64,000 bases of DNA from a candidate division FCPU426 bacterium (GTDB taxonomy: Bacteria; Oederibacteriota; PGYV01; Palsa-1178): positions 320,001 to 384,000 of the forward strand of contig CAWIXE010000003.1 in the NCBI GenBank assembly GCA_963840035.1, in the 5' to 3' direction. The translations under genes and the position numbers were made by a program. Under the pieces are notes generated by a model that made no database searches, had not been told where the DNA came from, and was given only the letters and a program-made list of their open reading frames with translations. Below, piece by piece: positions 57,701-64,000 of the stretch; the stretch's first letter is position 1; each line of letters starts with the position of its first letter.

Positions 57701-60700
57701 TTGCGAATTTCAACTAAAAAGTTATTTTCTGCTATAGCTATCACTATTTTATCTATTTTCCCTTCATTATTATACTCATCAGGTTTGTGGCATACCATAG
57801 GCGATGAATATTCCCCCGGGCAGCGGACATTTTCGAGCGTTTCCCCGGACACGTACTGGTATGGGCAGGAGTCGACGGGGAGCTACAATACCGGATCAAA
57901 CAATAACGGAAGCCAGGTCTTCGGGCCTTTTTACGCGCAGGAAAATACGGGCATTTCATTTTGGAGCTGGGAAGAAACCGAAAATTTTCAGTTCCCTGAC
58001 GCGGTTGATACGAGAAAGATTTATATTTCAGCTGATTCCGGAACCACATGGGAACTTGTCAGGGAAATGTTTGGGATTGAAAGGGAATGGCATAATGTGC
58101 TTATTGACCTCACCGCATATTCGGGGCAGACAATCCTGATTAAAGCCGTTTTTGACACGATGGACAGGTTTAACAATAACTTCCGCGGATGGTTTATTGA
58201 CGATGTTTTATTTTCCGGGATAACACAACAGGACCGGCTATCCGACGCCCTTGACAATAAAACCATGACTTTTACAACCGGAGGCGCAGCTGACTGGATT
58301 TCACAGACCATTGACGCGAAATACGGAGGTACGGCGCTACGGAGCGGGGTTATCGGAGACAGCCAGTTGACATACGTTGAGACTATAGTGGCCGGACCGG
58401 GGTACATAAGTTTTTATTATAAAGCCTCATCCGAATATGGTTTTGACTACCTCGACTTTTTCATAGACGGTGTGCTGGCCACAGACTCATATTACAGGTG
58501 CACCGGCACTCAGAATGAATTTTACTGGACAAAAATTACTTTATATGTGGCGCCGGGAAGCCATGTGATGAGATGGCAGTATAAAAAAGACGAGAGCAAC
58601 TCGGCAGGCAGGGACTGTGGATGGCTTGACAGGGTGAACTTTTCACCCGGCGGGATGCCGCCTGACTTACCGCCTGCGGATTTGTCCACGCTGACACCGG
58701 CCGGCACAGCAACAACGACAAGGACACGCACTGTAAGCCCCACAAAAACGCCGAGCTTCTCTGTTACGCCGACACTAACACCGGCTTCTGTATCCTTAAA
58801 TGACGCGCTTGATAACGCGGCGCTCTCTTTAAGCCAGCAGCAGGTGCCGGCCTGGAGAGGGCAGGAGTCAGTCTTTTATTTTGGCGGGAGTTCCGCGCAG
58901 TGCTCCGGCCTGGCTGACACGCAGGCATCGAGGCTTACGGCCAATATTTCCGGGCCCTGCACCGTATATTTTGAATGGAAAGTCTCATGCGAAGAAGATT
59001 ACGACTACCTTACCCTGTATGTCGACGGCGAAGAGACGGATTATATTACCGGCGAAACAGACTGGAAGCAAGCATCGGTTGACCTGCCTGCCGGAGAGCA
59101 CAGCTTATCGTGGGAGTATTCAAAGGACATCGATACGTCCGCGGGATTGGATTCCGCATGGGTAGACAAAGTGGAAATCATAAGCACCACGCCGACAACA
59201 ACCATGACCGTTTCGGGAACTCCGACGGAGACATTATCCATGACATATACACCGGCCTTTACGGCGACACATACACCCACGGCGACCATGTCAAAGACAC
59301 AGCAGGCGGTTATGCCTACACCGGCGCTTCAGGAAGCCCTTGATAACTTTACTATTGTATTCAGCGCCTCAGGCACTGTGCCATGGAAAGGACAGGGTGA
59401 TAAGTTCTTCTACGGGGGCGATTCCGCCCAGGCGGGCTCCATGGCGGACAGTTCCTCTACAACGCTGCAGGCAAGCGTGACCGGAGCCGGTACAATAAGT
59501 TTTTACTGGAAATCAGACACGGAATGGGGCGATTACCTCTATTTTTACGTAGACGGCGCGCCGGTGGCGGACATTTACGCCCAGCAGGACTGGGGAGGCT
59601 TCAGCTTTAATATCAGCGGGGCTGGAAGTCATCTGCTTGAGTGGGTATATGCTAAAGATGATTACCGTAATTATGAATCCTATGGATATGTACATGACAG
59701 GGTATGGGTAGATAAAGTGGAATATACGTCGGGAACGCGGACCATAACGCCGACACTGACCGTCACCGGCACCGCAACAGTAAAACCAACGCTGTCATTT
59801 ACAGCAACAGCCGCGACAGGCACTGAGACGCCAATTTATACTCCCACTAACACCAGGACGCTTTATCCCACTGCGTCCATGACGCCGACTGTGGCAGCAA
59901 GCGTGAGTATTAACCAGGCGGTAGATAATTATACTATTACGTTCACGTCCGGCGGAGCGGCCCCTTGGCGCGGCGAGATAAACCAGGGAGCGTATTTTGA
60001 CGGGGATGACGCAAGGAGCGGCCCCATAGGGGATAATGAGTATTCATACCTGGAAGCAAGGATAAACGGCCCCGGCATACTGAGTTTCTACGCCTCGGTA
60101 TCCGCTGACGGCGGTGACGGTTTTTACCTTGAGGTCGATGGCGCATTCGGCAGTTCCCATGGAAGCTACGGTATGGGTTCTGAATGGAATAATATAACAG
60201 AATACATTTATCCGGGAGTAAATGTCGTAAGATGGGTTTACAGAAAAGACTCGAGCACAAGCGCCTTCGACGACTGCCTGCGTATTGACAGGATAACATT
60301 TAACCCGGCGGCAACTCCGTCGCCGTGGCCCACTGATACTCCGGTTTACACACCTACCGTCACGCTGACAATTACCGCAGTCATTTATCAGCCTATTACG
60401 GTTGTGCCTGAGAGCGTTTGGTATAAGGCAACTGAAAACTCGGGGCTGGGATGCAGGTACGGGCATAAGTGCGTTGTGCTCAATAACAAGATGTGGCTCA
60501 CGGGAGGTTATAACGGCGGAGGCGCCGGCGATGTTTGGTCTTCAGCTGACGGCGTTGGCTGGAACAGGGAAAATCCTTCAGCTTTTCCTTACAGGGTTTT
60601 CCATGGTTCGGTATCATGGAAAGGCAGGATATGGGTCATCGGCGGCATGGGACAAAGCAGCAGCACAGTATACAATGACGTATGGTCGTCGGCTGACGGG

Positions 60701-63454
60701 GCGTCGTGGAAACTGGAAAATGGCAATGCGCCATTCCACAAAAGGTACGGCAGCGCGTGTCTTGTGTATAATGGCAGGATATGGGTCATCGGAGGCGCTT
60801 ATTACGACGGCATAGGCGCGACGGTTTATTATAATGACGTATGGTCATCGGCGGACGGCGTAAGCTGGATAAAGGAAAAGGATAACGCCGCGTTCAGCCC
60901 CAGGGCACTGGCCGCAGCCGCTGTATTTAATAACAGGATGTGGCTCTCAGGTGGTTCGGACAACACTTCAATGGTCGTCGGTATAGACAGCAAAGTGTGG
61001 TCTTCCGCGGACGGAAAGAACTGGACGCTGGCTACAGCAAATCCCGGTTTCGGGGTAAAATCCATGTCTAATATGCTGCAGCATGACGGAAAGTTGTGGA
61101 TGATTGGGGGAATGCAAGGGCAGGACGCGGGCGGGAATATCGTCTTCGGCAATGACCTGTGGTTCACTGAAGACGGGATAAAATGGATGAAGGCAAGCGA
61201 TGATGTAGATTACGGGGGACGCGCGGCGCATGAAAGCGTGGAGTTTGACGGCAGGATGTGGCTGATAGGCGGAATAGCAGGCAATTATATATCCAATTGC
61301 AAGACAGATGTATGGTACACACCGTTTAAGGGGACGCCGACCATAACCCCGTCACATACCGTATCACCGACCATATCGCCGACACATACCATATCAAAGA
61401 CATTTACTATATCGCCGACACACAGCGTATCACCGACCATATCGGCAACGCCGACTATAACGGAAACCGCGACAATATCGGCTACTTTCACGGCAAGTCC
61501 GGATGTTACGGACACCCCGACAGCGACTATAACCATATCGCCGGTTATCGGGCCGCCTCCGGACGCGGGTATGACCTGGCAGCTGGCAACAGCGGCCGCG
61601 TCTTTTTCCGAAAGGAGTGGGCCTTCATCGGTGGTGTTTGATGGAAAAATGTGGGTGATAGGAGGTTTAAACCCGGCAGGCGCTTATAACGATGTGTTCT
61701 CATCTGTTGACGGAGCCAACTGGGTGACTGAAACAGCTTCAGCTGCGTTTGGCCCGAGAGGTTTCCATACAAGTGTTGTAATGAACAACCGTATCTGGAT
61801 TATAGGCGGCGGGCCCAGTTACGGCTCAAATTACAGCGATGTATGGTCGTCGGCTGACGGGATAAACTGGGATCTTGAAACTACTACCACTCCTTTTAAC
61901 CGGTGTTTGCATGCAAGTGTTGTATTCGGCGGAAGAATGTGGGTTATAGGCGGTATGGATAATACTTTTGGTTTACATAATGATGTCTGGTCTTCAGCTG
62001 ACGGAGTGAACTGGACGCAGGAGACGGTAAACGCTGGATTCTCAAAAAGGTTTTCGCAAAGTGCTATTGTTTTTAACGGAAAGATATGGGTCTTAAACGG
62101 GAATGATTTCGTTAGCGACTACAATGACATATGGTCTTCATCCGACGGTGTAAATTGGGCCAATGAAACAGTGTCAGCAGCTTTTGTACCGTCTTACGGC
62201 AACGGCCTTGTAGAATTTGGCGGTAAAGTCTGGCTTATAAGCGGCTATGATGCTTCAGGTCCGTTAAAAGGGGTGTGGTCATCGGACAACTGCGTGGACT
62301 GGTCTGCGGTAACGCTTAATGCGGAATTCACACCAAGGGGGGCTTTTGGCTGTGTCACGTATGACAATAAGTTATGGGCCATTGGTGGAGCTGGTTTCTC
62401 CAGTTCATTGAATGATGTATGGTTCTCGCCACCGGATCTTATAGTTACCCCGACGTTTACATATACTGCCGGGACAGGTACTGAGACGCCGACGGCTACA
62501 CCGACTTTAACATGGACCGCGGAGGTCAATACTTTTACAAGGACAGCAACATCGACGCCAACAGAAACCGGGACGTTCACTGCAACACAGACAGGTACAA
62601 TAGCGACCGGAACAATAACCGGAACCGCGACACAGACCATAACGGGGACGCCGCCCACGGAAACAATAACGCCAACTGACACTATTACATCAACGCCGCA
62701 CACTGAAACGATAACGGCAACATTCACGCAGACCGGCACCGTCACATTAACATTGACTTCAACGGTTACTGTAAGCGTTACTTATACCACTGAAATCAGC
62801 GCGACTATGACGTCATCACCAACAAATACGGCAACAGCCACAAGCACGAATACGGTTGCGTTTACCTCGACCTTTACGGCAACCGGGACGATTACTGCGT
62901 CTAACACGGCGACTGCTTCGGCTACCGGCACGCCCTCAAATACAGCATCCAATACAGCCACTGTCACTGCCACTGATACTGTGACTGCGACACGCACGGT
63001 CAGCGCGACATCATCTGTTACCATAACGCCATCAAGGACAGCGACGCGTACCCGCACGCAGACCCCCACATTTACCCGCACGCCGGGAAATACCGCGACC
63101 GTTACATCGACGCCTTCCCCGACTGCTGTGGCTACCGAGGGGACATTCGGCATTACGGGCGGCATGACATTTCCAAACCCGTACGATCCCGGGACAGGCG
63201 CCGGCCTGTCTGTAAGATACAGGGTTTCACAGGATATAAAGTCGGCCCTGTTTTGTGTGTACTCAAATTCTTTCAGGCTGATAAGAAGGTCCGAGTTAAG
63301 CGGGCAGGATTCAGCCGGATTAAAGGTAAAGATCATTCCGGACAATGTTTTCTCTGATTTCGGCAACGGGACTTATTTTTACTGCATAGAGGGAGTAAGC
63401 TCTTCAGGGGATAAGGTCAGGTCAAAAGCCGGTGTTGTAATAATAATAAAATAG
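57701..63454 (+). CDS. large modular secreted protein (InhA/MAM-like N-domain, 4 'ALDN' beta-sandwiches, 2 Kelch-like propellers, Thr linkers, T9SS-like CTD)
   Basis: Signal peptide; modules shared with the 44228 protein; TFPNPY...VYS..FRLIR...GNGTYFY...VIIIK. Confidence 0.88.
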   Translation: MRISTKKLFSAIAITILSIFPSLLYSSGLWHTIGDEYSPGQRTFSSVSPDTYWYGQESTGSYNTGSNNNGSQVFGPFYAQENTGISFWSWEETENFQFPDAVDTRKIYISADSGTTWELVREMFGIEREWHNVLIDLTAYSGQTILIKAVFDTMDRFNNNFRGWFIDDVLFSGITQQDRLSDALDNKTMTFTTGGAADWISQTIDAKYGGTALRSGVIGDSQLTYVETIVAGPGYISFYYKASSEYGFDYLDFFIDGVLATDSYYRCTGTQNEFYWTKITLYVAPGSHVMRWQYKKDESNSAGRDCGWLDRVNFSPGGMPPDLPPADLSTLTPAGTATTTRTRTVSPTKTPSFSVTPTLTPASVSLNDALDNAALSLSQQQVPAWRGQESVFYFGGSSAQCSGLADTQASRLTANISGPCTVYFEWKVSCEEDYDYLTLYVDGEETDYITGETDWKQASVDLPAGEHSLSWEYSKDIDTSAGLDSAWVDKVEIISTTPTTTMTVSGTPTETLSMTYTPAFTATHTPTATMSKTQQAVMPTPALQEALDNFTIVFSASGTVPWKGQGDKFFYGGDSAQAGSMADSSSTTLQASVTGAGTISFYWKSDTEWGDYLYFYVDGAPVADIYAQQDWGGFSFNISGAGSHLLEWVYAKDDYRNYESYGYVHDRVWVDKVEYTSGTRTITPTLTVTGTATVKPTLSFTATAATGTETPIYTPTNTRTLYPTASMTPTVAASVSINQAVDNYTITFTSGGAAPWRGEINQGAYFDGDDARSGPIGDNEYSYLEARINGPGILSFYASVSADGGDGFYLEVDGAFGSSHGSYGMGSEWNNITEYIYPGVNVVRWVYRKDSSTSAFDDCLRIDRITFNPAATPSPWPTDTPVYTPTVTLTITAVIYQPITVVPESVWYKATENSGLGCRYGHKCVVLNNKMWLTGGYNGGGAGDVWSSADGVGWNRENPSAFPYRVFHGSVSWKGRIWVIGGMGQSSSTVYNDVWSSADGASWKLENGNAPFHKRYGSACLVYNGRIWVIGGAYYDGIGATVYYNDVWSSADGVSWIKEKDNAAFSPRALAAAAVFNNRMWLSGGSDNTSMVVGIDSKVWSSADGKNWTLATANPGFGVKSMSNMLQHDGKLWMIGGMQGQDAGGNIVFGNDLWFTEDGIKWMKASDDVDYGGRAAHESVEFDGRMWLIGGIAGNYISNCKTDVWYTPFKGTPTITPSHTVSPTISPTHTISKTFTISPTHSVSPTISATPTITETATISATFTASPDVTDTPTATITISPVIGPPPDAGMTWQLATAAASFSERSGPSSVVFDGKMWVIGGLNPAGAYNDVFSSVDGANWVTETASAAFGPRGFHTSVVMNNRIWIIGGGPSYGSNYSDVWSSADGINWDLETTTTPFNRCLHASVVFGGRMWVIGGMDNTFGLHNDVWSSADGVNWTQETVNAGFSKRFSQSAIVFNGKIWVLNGNDFVSDYNDIWSSSDGVNWANETVSAAFVPSYGNGLVEFGGKVWLISGYDASGPLKGVWSSDNCVDWSAVTLNAEFTPRGAFGCVTYDNKLWAIGGAGFSSSLNDVWFSPPDLIVTPTFTYTAGTGTETPTATPTLTWTAEVNTFTRTATSTPTETGTFTATQTGTIATGTITGTATQTITGTPPTETITPTDTITSTPHTETITATFTQTGTVTLTLTSTVTVSVTYTTEISATMTSSPTNTATATSTNTVAFTSTFTATGTITASNTATASATGTPSNTASNTATVTATDTVTATRTVSATSSVTITPSRTATRTRTQTPTFTRTPGNTATVTSTPSPTAVATEGTFGITGGMTFPNPYDPGTGAGLSVRYRVSQDIKSALFCVYSNSFRLIRRSELSGQDSAGLKVKIIPDNVFSDFGNGTYFYCIEGVSSSGDKVRSKAGVVIIIK

Positions 63455-63470
63455 GCCCGGTGGATGTTTT

Positions 63471-64000
63471 TTACCAGGCCAGGATTTTTCTTTCCCTGTA
63501 TAAAAACCCGGGTTGAAGTTTCGTAATGTCCTCAGTGGCCAGCCATACCGGCGTATCTATCCCGTCTTTTATCTCAAGCCAGGCGTCAGGCCCTCCCATA
63601 TCTGTTTTAACCCAGCCCGGATCAACGCAGAATATCTTTACGTTAGTCCCTTTTAAATGATCCGCGAATGTCCATGTGAGCTGGTTTACGGCTGTTTTGG
63701 ATATTGAATAAGTAATCTGCGGGCCGGTCTTTGGCATGGAAAGCTGTGAAAGGCCCGATGAAAAGTTGATTATCCTGGCTTCCTTTGATTTCTTCAGCAG
63801 CGGCAATAGCTTTGAGATAGTCCACAAAGTGCCCCGCACATTAACGTCCATTATTACCTGGTAACAATTAAGGTCAAGTGTTTCTATGGTGGTGGACATG
63901 GGTTCGGAGTTTATTCCGGCGTTATTTATTAAAATGTCAATTACAGGATGCTTCGCGGCCACGTTCTTTGCCATATCGTTTATTGAGTCAACATCCGCAA
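63471..64000 (-). CDS. SDR family oxidoreductase (5' end outside the window)
   Basis: DILINNAG, IINFSS, YSISK (YxxxK), DPGWVKTDMGG. Confidence 0.92.
   Translation of the reverse strand, partial: ADVDSINDMAKNVAAKHPVIDILINNAGINSEPMSTTIETLDLNCYQVIMDVNVRGTLWTISKLLPLLKKSKEARIINFSSGLSQLSMPKTGPQITYSISKTAVNQLTWTFADHLKGTNVKIFCVDPGWVKTDMGGPDAWLEIKDGIDTPVWLATEDITKLQPGFLYRERKILAW

Noticed and set aside
42138..63366. Val/Gly-rich opposite-strand ORFs over the large genes
   Set aside because: Antisense shadows of Thr/Pro codon repeats.

Overview
Bacterial chromosomal window with moderate GC from a diderm. The abundant Thr/Pro-linker proteins with 'YPNP...G.Y' C-termini and a PorV-like gene resemble Ca. 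Goldiibacteriota/Firestonebacteria-type genomes; this is an inference, not a verified assignment. Layout: (1) 1-7.3 kb holds small accessory genes (lipoproteins, NUDIX, two DUF1540 paralogs, a beta-barrel-like protein, Ala/Lys-rich secreted proteins). (2) 7.8-28.8 kb is a complete dcw cluster (mraZ-STAS-rsmH-ftsL-ftsI-murE-murF-mraY-murD-ftsW-murG-murC-murB-ddl-ftsQ-ftsA-ftsZ-amidase) with a consensus promoter and MraZ boxes. (3) 29-41.6 kb holds DUF116, pgeF, priA, a REP-associated tyrosine transposase (RAYT) embedded in 21 REP palindromes including a 110-bp tandem array, queF, a glycosidase and a radical SAM gene. (4) 41.8-63.5 kb encodes three large secreted Thr-rich modular proteins with T9SS-like C-terminal domains plus a PorV-like barrel, followed by a partial SDR. 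The most striking non-coding signal is a layered set of small repeats: at least six GTAG-REP families, a 31-nt element nested in REP loops, and roughly 4x7-nt heptamer elements, some in-frame inside murF and pgeF. Two apparent +1 frameshifts (ftsA and the giant adhesin) sit at short C runs and may be assembly errors. No CRISPR array, rRNA or tRNA was recognised.
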